The notes below the pieces were generated by a model that ran no database searches, was not told the origin of the DNA, and saw only the letters and a program-made list of their open reading frames with translations. From Candidatus Altiarchaeota archaeon (GTDB taxonomy: Archaea; Altiarchaeota; Altiarchaeia; IMC4; QMZM01): a stretch of 64,000 nucleotides of DNA. The translations under genes and the position numbers were made by a program. Each line of letters starts with the position of its first letter. The stretch's first letter is position 1. Where the stretch lies: assembly GCA_038891095.1 (NCBI GenBank), contig JAWAEV010000001.1, forward strand, positions 297,292-361,291, written 5' to 3'. Positions 1 to 8,868 of this stretch are shown here, one piece after another.

Positions 1-450
1 CTTGCCTATAGTGTCAAAAATATCTCTAAAAAGCAGGGTAAAGATTTTAGTGTCCCAAAATTAGAGGGATTATGGTGGGTAGAGCCTGATAGACCTGCTT
101 TGGAGGTGCCTCGCGAAGAATGGCGCTGGAAACTTCTTATTCGTATGCCTGATTTTGTTACTTCAGATATGGTAGAGAAGGCAAAAGAAGAGGTTTTCAA
201 AAAGAAAGGAATAACTCTGGTTAAGGAAATCAAGTTCGAAAAGATTAAGGAAGGTAAATGCATTCAGATATTGCACATAGGGCCATATTCAACAGAGCCA
301 GAGTCGTTATCAAAAATGCGAAAATTGATGGAACAGAAAAATCTTGTTGAAAATGGTCTTCACCATGAAATCTATCTTTCTGACCCACGAAAGGTTGCTC
401 CAGAAAAGATGAAAACTATTTTAAGGCAACCAGTGAAAGAAAGAGGTTAG
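1..450 (+). CDS. GyrI-like small-molecule-binding domain protein, 5'-truncated by the window edge
   Basis: The frame is open from nt 1 with no upstream stop. The C-terminal motif ...HEIYLSDPRKVAPEKMKTIL... is typical of GyrI-like/effector-binding domains. Confidence 0.4.
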   Translation, partial: LAYSVKNISKKQGKDFSVPKLEGLWWVEPDRPALEVPREEWRWKLLIRMPDFVTSDMVEKAKEEVFKKKGITLVKEIKFEKIKEGKCIQILHIGPYSTEPESLSKMRKLMEQKNLVENGLHHEIYLSDPRKVAPEKMKTILRQPVKERG

Positions 451-455
451 AAAAA

Positions 456-1142
456 ATGCAATTTAACAACATCTTAAAAAAACTAAAATCCCTATCTAAT
501 CCCAGAGCCGTTGAAGGCATGGTTAAATACGGGATTACCGCTGAGAGAGCTTATGGCGTGTCAATTCCGAATTTAAGAAAGATTGCCAAAGAAATAGGAA
601 AAGACCATAAACTTGCTCAACAACTTTGGAAATTAAATATTCGAGAAACTCGAATACTTGCAAGTATGATTGATGACCCTGTATTAGTGACCGAGAAGCA
701 AATGGAAAAATGGGTAAAGGAGTTTGATTACTGGGAAATCTGTGACCAGATCTGTCAAAATCTTTTTACTTACTCTAAATTTGCTTATCAAAAAGCCATA
801 GAATGGAGCGAAAGAGACGAAGAATTCGTAAAAAGGGCAGGGTTTGCTTTAATGGCTTGGTTAGCTTTTAAAGATAAGAAAGCAAAAGATGAGCAATTTG
901 AAGTATTCTTTCCAATCATAAAAAGAGAATCTACTGATGATAGAATCCTTGTTAAGAAAGCTGTGAATTGGGCATTAAGACAGATTGGGAAACGAAATAT
1001 TGCCTTGAATACAAAGGCAATTGAAACTGCGAAAGAGATTCAAAAGATAGAATCTAAAAGTGCTAAATGGATTGCTCAAGATGCAGTCAAGGAATTAACG
1101 AGCAATGCAATCCAAGAAAGATTGAAAGAAAGAGGTAAATAA
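456..1142 (+). CDS. DNA alkylation repair enzyme (AlkD/AlkC-like HEAT-repeat glycosylase family)
   Basis: 228 aa. The N-terminus LKKLKSLSNPRAVEGMVKYGI, the Y-G-V-S-IP-LRKIAKEIGKDH stretch and W-AL-RQIGKRN are characteristic of the PF08713 family. Confidence 0.6.
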   Translation: MQFNNILKKLKSLSNPRAVEGMVKYGITAERAYGVSIPNLRKIAKEIGKDHKLAQQLWKLNIRETRILASMIDDPVLVTEKQMEKWVKEFDYWEICDQICQNLFTYSKFAYQKAIEWSERDEEFVKRAGFALMAWLAFKDKKAKDEQFEVFFPIIKRESTDDRILVKKAVNWALRQIGKRNIALNTKAIETAKEIQKIESKSAKWIAQDAVKELTSNAIQERLKERGK

Positions 1143-1421
1143 TATGGATGGACTTGGGCACTCTGCAGTGCTTCGAACCTTGCCCCTATCGGGGTCGCTT
1201 AACACAGCATATACGACTCACTTCGTTCGCCCAAATTTCGGCTACGCCGAAACTTCGTATATGACGGAGCCGTTATGTGAAATTCGAAAACCTGCCTCTC
1301 ACAAAAAGAGATCGTAAATTATGACTATTTTGTTGCATTCGTAAGTTTATATAAGGAAGAGGGCACTAGATTTAATATTAAAAGTTCTAATAAATTTATA
1401 AGAGCTGATTTTACTTTTCTC

Positions 1422-1760
1422 ATGAAAACTTGGATTAAATGCGGTATGATGGGATTAACAATTTGGGTTTTACTCTTTTTAGCATTTTATATTAGTGATT
1501 ATCTAGTAAAATGTTCATTACCAACAAATGACTCTGGGTCTCCATTAGTAGGTAGTAGCTGTTGGAATTCTATTCAGGAGTTAATATTAATGATTTTTGC
1601 AGTTTTAAGTTTTCCTTTTCTTTTAGTTGGGGCAAATCCGAATATGACTACTGTTGGTCCTTTTCGTGTTATGCTTTTTTGGATTGGTAGCATGATATCT
1701 TTTGTTTTGTGGGGAATGTTAACTGGATGGATAATTGAAAAAATACTTGAGGCAAAGTAA
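1422..1760 (+). CDS. Small integral membrane protein (3-4 TM helices), unknown function
   Basis: 112 aa, hydrophobic segments. Lies downstream of the GC-rich non-coding island. Confidence 0.35.
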   Translation: MKTWIKCGMMGLTIWVLLFLAFYISDYLVKCSLPTNDSGSPLVGSSCWNSIQELILMIFAVLSFPFLLVGANPNMTTVGPFRVMLFWIGSMISFVLWGMLTGWIIEKILEAK

Positions 1761-1832
1761 CAGTAGGTTTAAATGTAGTCGTTTATCTTTACATTAGCAT
1801 TTTAATTTCAATTTTCATATAATTTTCTTGCT

Positions 1833-2831
1833 ATGAAAGTTGCAGTTTACTATAGCAACAATGATATTCGCATAGAAGAAAGACCAATTCCAAAAATTAG
1901 CAAAGGTGAAATTTTACTTAAAGTTATTTCTTCAGGAATTTGTGGTAGTGATGTAATGGAATGGTACCGCATTAAGGAAGCTCCGAAAGTTTTAGGACAT
2001 GAAGTTACTGGCATAGTTGAAAAAGTTGCTAAGGATGTGAAAAAATTTAAAGTTGGTGATAGAATTTTTGTGACGCATCATGTTCCTTGTAATAAATGCA
2101 AATATTGTCTTCAAGGAGAAGAGACTGTTTGCAAAACTCTAAGAAGAACAAATTTTTATCCTGGTGGCTTTTCTCAATACATAAGAATTCCAAAAATAAA
2201 TGTAGAAAAAGGCACTTTTTTATTGCCAAGAGAAATTTCATTTGACGAAGGAACTTTTATTGAGCCATTAGCTTGTGTTATTCGCAGCCAAAGAAAAGCA
2301 GGTATAGAAAAAGGTCATAATGTGCTTATAATTGGCTCAGGAGTTTCAGGTTTATTACATATACAGTTAGCTAAATTGAAGAAAGCAAAGAAAATTGCTG
2401 TTATTGACATTAATCCTTACCGCCTTAAAATTGCAAAAAAATTCGGAGCAAATTTTACAGCAAACGCAAATGAGAATTTAGATGAGAAATTTGATAGAGT
2501 TATTGTTTGCACTTCTGCAAAGGAAGCAATAGAGAAATCATTTAAATTTGTTGATAATGCTGGAACAATTTTATTTTTTGCTCCAACAAGTCCAGAGAGC
2601 AAGATAGAAATGCCATTTAATGAGCTATGGTTTAAATGTGTTAAAATTATAAGTTCATATGCTGCTGCAGAAAAAGACATTAAAGAGGCGATAAAAATTT
2701 TGAAGGAAAAGAAGATGAATTTAAAAGGAATGATTACGCATAAACTACCATTACAAGAAACATTAGAAGGCTTTAAAATTGTTTCTAAAGCTGATAGATC
2801 CATGAAAGTTATTATAAAACCACAAGAGTAA
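1833..2831 (+). CDS. Zn-dependent alcohol/threonine dehydrogenase (medium-chain dehydrogenase/reductase family)
   Basis: 332 aa. Has the GICGSD catalytic-Zn motif, GHEVTG, the structural-Zn Cys cluster CNKCKYCLQGEETVC and a Rossmann GSGVSG motif. Confidence 0.75.
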   Translation: MKVAVYYSNNDIRIEERPIPKISKGEILLKVISSGICGSDVMEWYRIKEAPKVLGHEVTGIVEKVAKDVKKFKVGDRIFVTHHVPCNKCKYCLQGEETVCKTLRRTNFYPGGFSQYIRIPKINVEKGTFLLPREISFDEGTFIEPLACVIRSQRKAGIEKGHNVLIIGSGVSGLLHIQLAKLKKAKKIAVIDINPYRLKIAKKFGANFTANANENLDEKFDRVIVCTSAKEAIEKSFKFVDNAGTILFFAPTSPESKIEMPFNELWFKCVKIISSYAAAEKDIKEAIKILKEKKMNLKGMITHKLPLQETLEGFKIVSKADRSMKVIIKPQE

Positions 2832-2864
2832 ATTTTTATTTCTAAAATTTAATATCTATGTGAA

Positions 2865-3455
2865 ATGGATAGCAAAACTCAAAGCAACAAAGTTATGATA
2901 GGAGATTATCTTGGCACAATAGAAGAGTTCCTATTAGGTGAAGGTACTTATGCTGAAAATGGAGAAATTTTTGCTGCAAGAATTGGAGAGAAAGTTGTTG
3001 ATAAAGAAAGACATATTGTTAAAGTTATCGGTAAAAAACCTGTTGAATTACAAGTAGGACAAATTGTTTTTGGAAAAATAATTGATGTGAAAAAAAATTT
3101 CATAACTGTGACAATAAAAAAAATTCAAGGTTTTAATGAGGAGTTAGATATAAATGCAAATTTATATGTTGCAAATATTTCAGATAGCTATGTTAACAAA
3201 CCAGAGGATATGTTTGGGATTGGTGATATAATAAAGGCAAGAGTTATAAAAATTGATATTGATCTTGTAGATATTTCAACAAAAGGCGATTTTGGAGTTG
3301 TAAAAGCATTCTGTAAGAAATGTAGATCTCAATTGGTGAAATCTGAAAAATTCAAAGAACGATTAGTTTGCGAAAGCTGCGGCAGTAAAGAAGTGAGAAA
3401 AATTGCTAGTGATTATGGAAATGTAGTAGAAACGACAACTATGATACATGTCTAA
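2865..3455 (+). CDS. csl4: Exosome complex RNA-binding subunit Csl4 (S1 domain plus C-terminal Zn-ribbon)
   Basis: 196 aa. S1-like stretch GQIVFGKIIDV...ITVTI and C-terminal CKKCRSQL...CESCGS zinc ribbon. The size and domain order match archaeal Csl4. Confidence 0.55.
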   Translation: MDSKTQSNKVMIGDYLGTIEEFLLGEGTYAENGEIFAARIGEKVVDKERHIVKVIGKKPVELQVGQIVFGKIIDVKKNFITVTIKKIQGFNEELDINANLYVANISDSYVNKPEDMFGIGDIIKARVIKIDIDLVDISTKGDFGVVKAFCKKCRSQLVKSEKFKERLVCESCGSKEVRKIASDYGNVVETTTMIHV

Positions 3456-3559
3456 TTCTCGAGTTTATCACATCTTCAGTTTTGTTTAAGATATACCTTG
3501 CAATGTTTTTCCTTGATCAACCAAGATTTTGATATAATAAAAAATTTATTTAAAAAAAT

Positions 3560-4255
3560 TTAAGGTGTAGGTACAACGATATCTCCTTCCATAAACCAGC
3601 TATTAACTTTCCTTGTTGATATAAAAGGGTCAACAGATTTCACTACCGTAGTAGGTGTTTTAACAATCAGTTTTTTAGACAATGACGACCATCCAGCATT
3701 TTTTAAGTGTTCAGCATTTCTGGTTATGAGAAGTTCTTCTGCAGCTTCTCTAGAGGTTAAATCCCTTGAAAAACTAAAACTAAATCTATGACTAGTTGAT
3801 TTAAAACTGTTTGAGAATAATTTGTTTGCAGCTTTAGGTACTGTTACTTTTGTAAACTTGATACCGCCTACCATCATAGTGACGCTATCTAATGCATACT
3901 CCGCTGCACTATTAAACTTTTGCCTATATCTTTTGTATTTATCTTCTTTAGTTTCCCATGTAGCTCCAGCACCACCAATTCTCACAGGATTGTTACTTTT
4001 AAGGGTTGCGCTTTCGATCTTCCGTGACAACTCCTCGTTTAAGTCAATAGTTTTCTTAATACCAAGAGAACTAATAGTAAGTCCATCATCTTTTTTTGAT
4101 AGCATAGAGCTTACGGTCAGTTTAGAAAGTATTAGAGAGCTATCAGAAGAACCTGCAGAAACGAGCAGAGAAAAAACAGATAACACCAAAATCAAAAAAA
4201 CAGATCCAAGAAATAATCGTATAATTTCCATATTCTCAATGCTTTTTATTTTCAT
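3560..4255 (-). CDS. Secreted/membrane-anchored hypothetical protein (N-terminal signal anchor)
   Basis: 231 aa. N-terminal hydrophobic segment LFLGSVFLILVLSVFSLLV followed by a Ser/Thr-rich soluble domain. No recognisable catalytic motif. Confidence 0.3.
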   Translation of the reverse strand: MKIKSIENMEIIRLFLGSVFLILVLSVFSLLVSAGSSDSSLILSKLTVSSMLSKKDDGLTISSLGIKKTIDLNEELSRKIESATLKSNNPVRIGGAGATWETKEDKYKRYRQKFNSAAEYALDSVTMMVGGIKFTKVTVPKAANKLFSNSFKSTSHRFSFSFSRDLTSREAAEELLITRNAEHLKNAGWSSLSKKLIVKTPTTVVKSVDPFISTRKVNSWFMEGDIVVPTP

Positions 4256-4641
4256 CTTTGTAGCACCAACAGGTATATGTCTTTCAAGGATATAAAAACT
4301 TTCTTTCTCAGATTTACGACATTAGTATAATTTCTATGCAAAATTATCTAAGAGAACATTCGTATTTCTTTCAACAATATTAGCTATTCAACTAAATAAT
4401 AAGATAAACTTCTGTAACAATTTAGCTCATGACCTTCTCTTAATATCTTTGGGCTTTTAGACAATTGTTTTATTAATTACTAATCTTATTATCTATCTGA
4501 GCAGAGTACCATTTAAACCTAAGGATAATTAAGTTAACTTATCGTAATATTTTTCAATAGCGCACAATAATTTTGCATTCCCTAAAAAATTTTTAATATA
4601 TTATTCCATTAAAAACGAATAATCTCCTTATGTGAGAGAAA

Positions 4642-5610
4642 ATGGGGGTAAACTTAAAAGATATTTTACCGCATGAAAGAATTGACTTTTCTTTTTTGAA
4701 AGGAAAAATTGTTGCTGTAGATGCACTAAATTCATTATATCAATTTTTGTCTTCAATAAGACAACCTGATGGAACTCCACTGATGGATTCGAAAGGTAGA
4801 ATTACTTCACATCTATCTGGATTGCTCTACCGAACTGTTAGATTATTGAGTTTAGGTATAAAGCCTATTTATGTTTTTGATGGTGAAGCACCAAAGCTAA
4901 AAATGAGGGAATTAGAACAAAGAAAGGAATTTAAGAGGGAGGCAGAAATTGAATGGAAAAAAGCACTCTCTGAAGGTAGAATTGAAGATGCAAAAAAATT
5001 TGCACAAAGAACATCAAGGGTTACAGATTCTATGCTTGAAGATGCTAAAAATTTACTCAACTTTATGGGAATTCCATTTGTTCAAGCTCCAAGCGAAGGT
5101 GAAGCGCAATGCGTTTATTTATGCAAAAAAGGTGATGCTTTCTGTGTCGGCTCTCAGGACTATGACTCATTACTTCTTGGTGCAGAAAAATTAGTTAGAG
5201 GTTTAACCCTTTCTGGTACCTTAGAACTTGAAATGATTAAATTGGAGGATGTCCTTAGAGAGTTAGGGATAACAAGAGAGCAATTAATTGACATTGGAAT
5301 CTTAGTTGGAACTGACTTTAATGATGGTGTTAAAGGTATTGGCCCAAAAAAAGCTCTGAAAATTGTTAAGGAAGGTAAATTAAAAACATTGCAATTGGAT
5401 TTTGATTTAAATGAAATTAGGGAAATTTTTCTGAATCCAAAAGTTTCAGACAACTATAAAGTTGAATTTAAAAGACCAAACACTGAAAAATTAGTGGATT
5501 TCCTTTGTAATGAGCATGACTTCTCGGAGGATAGAGTTAGAAAAGCCTCTGAGAATTTAGAAAATGCTCTGACAGAACTCTCACAAAAAAATTTAAGTGC
5601 TTGGTTTTAG
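4642..5610 (+). CDS. fen: Flap endonuclease 1 (FEN1)
   Basis: 322 aa. N-terminus MGVNLKDILP, the IAVDALNSLYQFL and GIPFVQAPSEGEAQCVYL motifs and the GIGPKKA H3TH motif are the canonical archaeal FEN1/XPG N and I domains. Confidence 0.9.
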   Translation: MGVNLKDILPHERIDFSFLKGKIVAVDALNSLYQFLSSIRQPDGTPLMDSKGRITSHLSGLLYRTVRLLSLGIKPIYVFDGEAPKLKMRELEQRKEFKREAEIEWKKALSEGRIEDAKKFAQRTSRVTDSMLEDAKNLLNFMGIPFVQAPSEGEAQCVYLCKKGDAFCVGSQDYDSLLLGAEKLVRGLTLSGTLELEMIKLEDVLRELGITREQLIDIGILVGTDFNDGVKGIGPKKALKIVKEGKLKTLQLDFDLNEIREIFLNPKVSDNYKVEFKRPNTEKLVDFLCNEHDFSEDRVRKASENLENALTELSQKNLSAWF

Positions 5611-5714
5611 CAGTTATCATTAATCTTAGTGCAATTATTTTATTATTAAATCCTTTCTTTATAAATTTAGACATTTATTATTCAAATTTTAATGTTTAAT
5701 AGGAAAATTTTTAG

Positions 5715-6224
5715 TTGTTTAATATGAATGTTGCTAAAATGGAAAAAATTGATAAAAATTGGAGGGTTGTAAATTTATTGAAAGTTTTTATTTTTGTTTT
5801 TTTCTTAGCAATTTTTATTTATTCTGCCCCATATATATGGAATGCGATTGGTATAGGGACTAATGTTCCATTATTTAACATAAAACAAGAAATTTTTCTT
5901 TTTTTGTTTTCATTAATTACATTTTTTATTCTGCTCTACATAATTTGGATATATCTTTTTTATAGAAATTTTCACTATGAATTAGCTAAGGACTTTGTTA
6001 GGATAAAGAAGGGTATTTTAACAAAGAGCGAGATAATGATACCATACAGCAAGATAAGAGATGTCAAAATTTCTCAGGGAATTTTACAAAGATTTTTTAA
6101 TATATCAACTCTAACAATTGAGTTAATAAGTTATAGCGAAGCTGACATTGTTGAAAGTGAAATTCCAGGAATAGCAAAAGCTGATAAAGTTGCAGAAAAA
6201 ATATTATTAAAGGTAAAAGGTTAA
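5715..6224 (+). CDS. Membrane protein with bacterial PH (bPH_2/YdbT-like) domain
   Basis: 169 aa. Two N-terminal TM helices then VRIKKGILTKSEIMIPYSKIRDVKISQGILQRFF, matching the PF03703 pattern. Confidence 0.45.
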   Translation: MFNMNVAKMEKIDKNWRVVNLLKVFIFVFFLAIFIYSAPYIWNAIGIGTNVPLFNIKQEIFLFLFSLITFFILLYIIWIYLFYRNFHYELAKDFVRIKKGILTKSEIMIPYSKIRDVKISQGILQRFFNISTLTIELISYSEADIVESEIPGIAKADKVAEKILLKVKG

Positions 6225-6277
6225 TTAGGAAAGTTAAAAATTTAATATATTTTCTTTTCTTCTTTAATTATTTTGAT

Positions 6278-7189
6278 ATGAAGATAATTTTTCTTGGTAC
6301 TTCGGGGGCTGTGCCAACTAAGGAAAGAAACCTCTCTTCAATTTTTTTGGAATATCTTGGAAATTATTTTTTGTTTGACTGTGGTGAAGGCACACAAAGA
6401 CAGATGCTTAATGCGAAGATAAATTTTATGAGAATAAATCATATTTTCATTTCACATCTACATGCTGACCACTTTTTGGGCTTAGGTGGTTTAATACAAA
6501 GTATGAATTTTTTAGACAGGAAGAAGGAATTATGTCTCTATGGGCCAAAGGGTTTTAGGAAAACAATGGAACATATGCTCTCTATGGGTACATTTATTTT
6601 AAATTCCTTTTCTATAAAAGTTCATGAAATTTCTGGAGGTATTGTTCTTGAAGATGATCGCTATTTAATTTCCGCAATTAAAAATTCTCACAATATTAAC
6701 TCTTTAGCATATAAATTTGAGGAAAAACCAAAGAGAAAATTTTTGAAAGAGAAAGCTCTTAAGCTTGGAATTCCTGAAGGCCCACTATTCTCAAAATTGC
6801 AAAAAGGGAAAGAGGTTATTATTTCTGGAAGAAAAATTTCACCAGATGAAGTATTATCAGAACCAATTCAAGGCAGAAAAGTTGTTTATTCCGGAGATAC
6901 AAAATTTTGCAAAGAGCTTATTGAATTTGCAAAAAATGCAGATGTTCTAATACATGAATCAACATTCTCTGAAAATGAAAGAGAAAAAGCTGATGATTCA
7001 GGACATTCAACAGCAAAAGATGCTGCAACTATTGCAAAAGAAGCAAATGTAAAAAAACTTTTTTTGACTCATATTTCTCAAAGATACGTCAATCCTGAAA
7101 TTCTAGAAAAAGAGGCAAGAGAGATTTTCCATGAAAGTTATATTGCAAAGGATTTTCTAAAAATAAAAATTGAGAAGCACGATATTTAG
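6278..7189 (+). CDS. rnz: Ribonuclease Z (tRNA 3'-processing endonuclease, metallo-beta-lactamase fold)
   Basis: 303 aa. MKIIFLGTSGAVP N-terminus, HLHADH zinc motif and C-terminal H-containing motifs. Typical RNase Z length. Confidence 0.8.
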   Translation: MKIIFLGTSGAVPTKERNLSSIFLEYLGNYFLFDCGEGTQRQMLNAKINFMRINHIFISHLHADHFLGLGGLIQSMNFLDRKKELCLYGPKGFRKTMEHMLSMGTFILNSFSIKVHEISGGIVLEDDRYLISAIKNSHNINSLAYKFEEKPKRKFLKEKALKLGIPEGPLFSKLQKGKEVIISGRKISPDEVLSEPIQGRKVVYSGDTKFCKELIEFAKNADVLIHESTFSENEREKADDSGHSTAKDAATIAKEANVKKLFLTHISQRYVNPEILEKEAREIFHESYIAKDFLKIKIEKHDI

Positions 7190-7198
7190 TTTTGTTTT

Positions 7199-7208
7199 GA
7201 AATATATT
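7199..7208 (+). promoter_or_regulatory. TATA-like box (aaatatatta) about 25 nt upstream of tRNA-Pro
   Basis: AT-rich TATA-like element at the spacing expected for an archaeal promoter upstream of the tRNA 5' end at 7227. Confidence 0.3.
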
Positions 7209-7226
7209 ATTAATAGTTTTAATTTT

Positions 7227-7300
7227 GGGATCGTGGGGTAGTTTGGTTATCCTTCGAGCTTTGGGAGCTCGCGACCGGAGTTCAAATCTCCGCGATCCCA
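7227..7300 (+). tRNA. tRNA-Pro (anticodon UGG)
   Basis: Hand-folded cloverleaf. Acceptor GGGATCG pairs with CGATCCC. Anticodon stem CGAGC/GCTCG with loop TTTGGGA gives anticodon TGG. T-arm CGGAG-TTCAAAT-CTCCG. Discriminator A, CCA not encoded. GC-rich relative to flanks. Confidence 0.85.
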
Positions 7301-7317
7301 CTATGCTCATTTTTAAA

Positions 7318-8862
7318 ATGGAAGTTAAAGTCAGAACTATTGATCTAGACGCTGGTGGAAAAAATATCGTAATTCTTAATAAGAATGATGCTGAAGAGCT
7401 TGGTGTTTATCCCCTCGATAGAGTTATGTTAGAATATAAAGGAAAGGCTACGACTGCTATTGTGAATACAAGTGAAAAATTTGTAAAAAAAGGGGAGATT
7501 CTTGTTTATAATGAAGTAAAACAAGAGTTGAACTTGCGAGGATATGCTAAGGTTAATGTAAAAAGAAGGGAAAAACTTAGCTCGAAGGAGTTTATAAGAC
7601 AAAAAATAGAGGGTTTACAACTTCGTAAGAATGAATTAGAAAGTATTGTTAACGATGTTGTAGAGAAAAAACTAAATGATCTGGAACTTGCGGCGTTTAT
7701 CACAAGTTTGTATATTCATGGGATTTCAATTGAGGAGGCAGCGTATCTAAGCGAGGTAATAGCTAATGGCGGAGAACAATTAAGATGGGATAAGGAGTAT
7801 GTCATGGATAAACACAGTTTAGGTGGTGTTCCAGGAGATAAAACAACTCTTTTAGTTGTGCCAATAGTTGCTTCTGCTAATCTAACTATTCCAAAAACTT
7901 CTTCAAGAGCAATAACTTCCCCAGCTGGCACAGCAGATAGAGCAGAATGTATAATGCCTGTTAACTTATCAGTCAAAGAAATAAAAAAAGTTGTTGAAAA
8001 AACAAATGCATGTATTGCATGGGGAGGGGCATTAAACATGGCTCCTGCAGATGATCTTTTTATAAGAATAGAATATCCATTAGATTTAGATCCACTATTT
8101 ATGCCATCAATAATGGCAAAGAAAAAAGCTGCTGGCTCAACACATTTAGTTTTAGATTTGCCCACAGGTTCTGGAACAAAAATTGAAAATCTTGAAAATG
8201 CTAAAAAAATTGCTGAAAATTTTCTTGATTTAGGACAAAAGTTAGGAATTAAAGTGCAATGTGCAATAACTTTTGGTGAGGAACCAATTGGAAATTGTAT
8301 TGGTCCAGCTTTAGAAGCAAGAGAAGCTCTGATGGCATTAAAAACAGGCAAGCCAAAAGACTTAGTTGAGAAAGCATGCTCTTTAGCAGGAATTTTATTT
8401 AGCATGGTTGGAAAAGGTGATAAAAAAACAGCTTATAAAATACTGCACTCTGGAAAAGCAGAGAAAAAATTTAGAGAGATTATAGCAGAGCAAGGAGGAG
8501 ATGAAAAAATTCATTTTGAGGATATAAAAGTTGGTGAAAAAACTAAAGACTTCTGTGCTGAATGCTCAGGAGTGATTCTCAGCATAAAGAATCATGAAAT
8601 TGCAAAAACTGCAAAAATTGCTGGAGCACCAAAAGATAAAGAAGCAGGAATTTTGCTGTATAAAAAAATTGGAGAATTTGTTGAAAAAGGTGAACCATTG
8701 TTTAGAATATATGCAAAGAAAGATGAAAAACTAAGAGAAGCTGCTGAATTTGCAACTAAAACAAATCCTTTTGTTATTGTGAGTAAGAACAAAAATATGG
8801 TTATGGAAATTTTGAGTAAAAGAGAAAATAGCTATAGAAAAGTTTTCACAATTGAAAGGTAA
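7318..8862 (+). CDS. AMP phosphorylase (thymidine phosphorylase/DeoA family, archaeal type with N-terminal extension)
   Basis: About 514 aa from the ATG at 7318; the longer ORF from 7225 would overlap the tRNA. Pyrimidine-nucleoside phosphorylase family motifs DKHSLGGVPGDKTT, TSSRAITSPAGTADR. The archaeal N-terminal domain MEVKVRTIDLDAGG..NDAEELGV is typical of AMPpase. Confidence 0.75.
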   Translation: MEVKVRTIDLDAGGKNIVILNKNDAEELGVYPLDRVMLEYKGKATTAIVNTSEKFVKKGEILVYNEVKQELNLRGYAKVNVKRREKLSSKEFIRQKIEGLQLRKNELESIVNDVVEKKLNDLELAAFITSLYIHGISIEEAAYLSEVIANGGEQLRWDKEYVMDKHSLGGVPGDKTTLLVVPIVASANLTIPKTSSRAITSPAGTADRAECIMPVNLSVKEIKKVVEKTNACIAWGGALNMAPADDLFIRIEYPLDLDPLFMPSIMAKKKAAGSTHLVLDLPTGSGTKIENLENAKKIAENFLDLGQKLGIKVQCAITFGEEPIGNCIGPALEAREALMALKTGKPKDLVEKACSLAGILFSMVGKGDKKTAYKILHSGKAEKKFREIIAEQGGDEKIHFEDIKVGEKTKDFCAECSGVILSIKNHEIAKTAKIAGAPKDKEAGILLYKKIGEFVEKGEPLFRIYAKKDEKLREAAEFATKTNPFVIVSKNKNMVMEILSKRENSYRKVFTIER

Positions 8863-8868
8863 CTTAGA

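Noticed and set aside
1143-1320. Fluoride (crcB) riboswitch hypothesis for the GC-rich island upstream of the small membrane protein.
   Set aside because: The fluoride riboswitch core consensus could not be matched, and the downstream protein lacks clear CrcB motifs. It is kept only as a generic structured-RNA candidate.
7225-7317. The N-terminal 31 codons of the track ORF 7225-8862 (MGSWGSLVILRALGARDRSS...).
   Set aside because: This stretch is the tRNA-Pro gene read in a protein frame. The conserved AMP phosphorylase N-terminus starts at ATG 7318.
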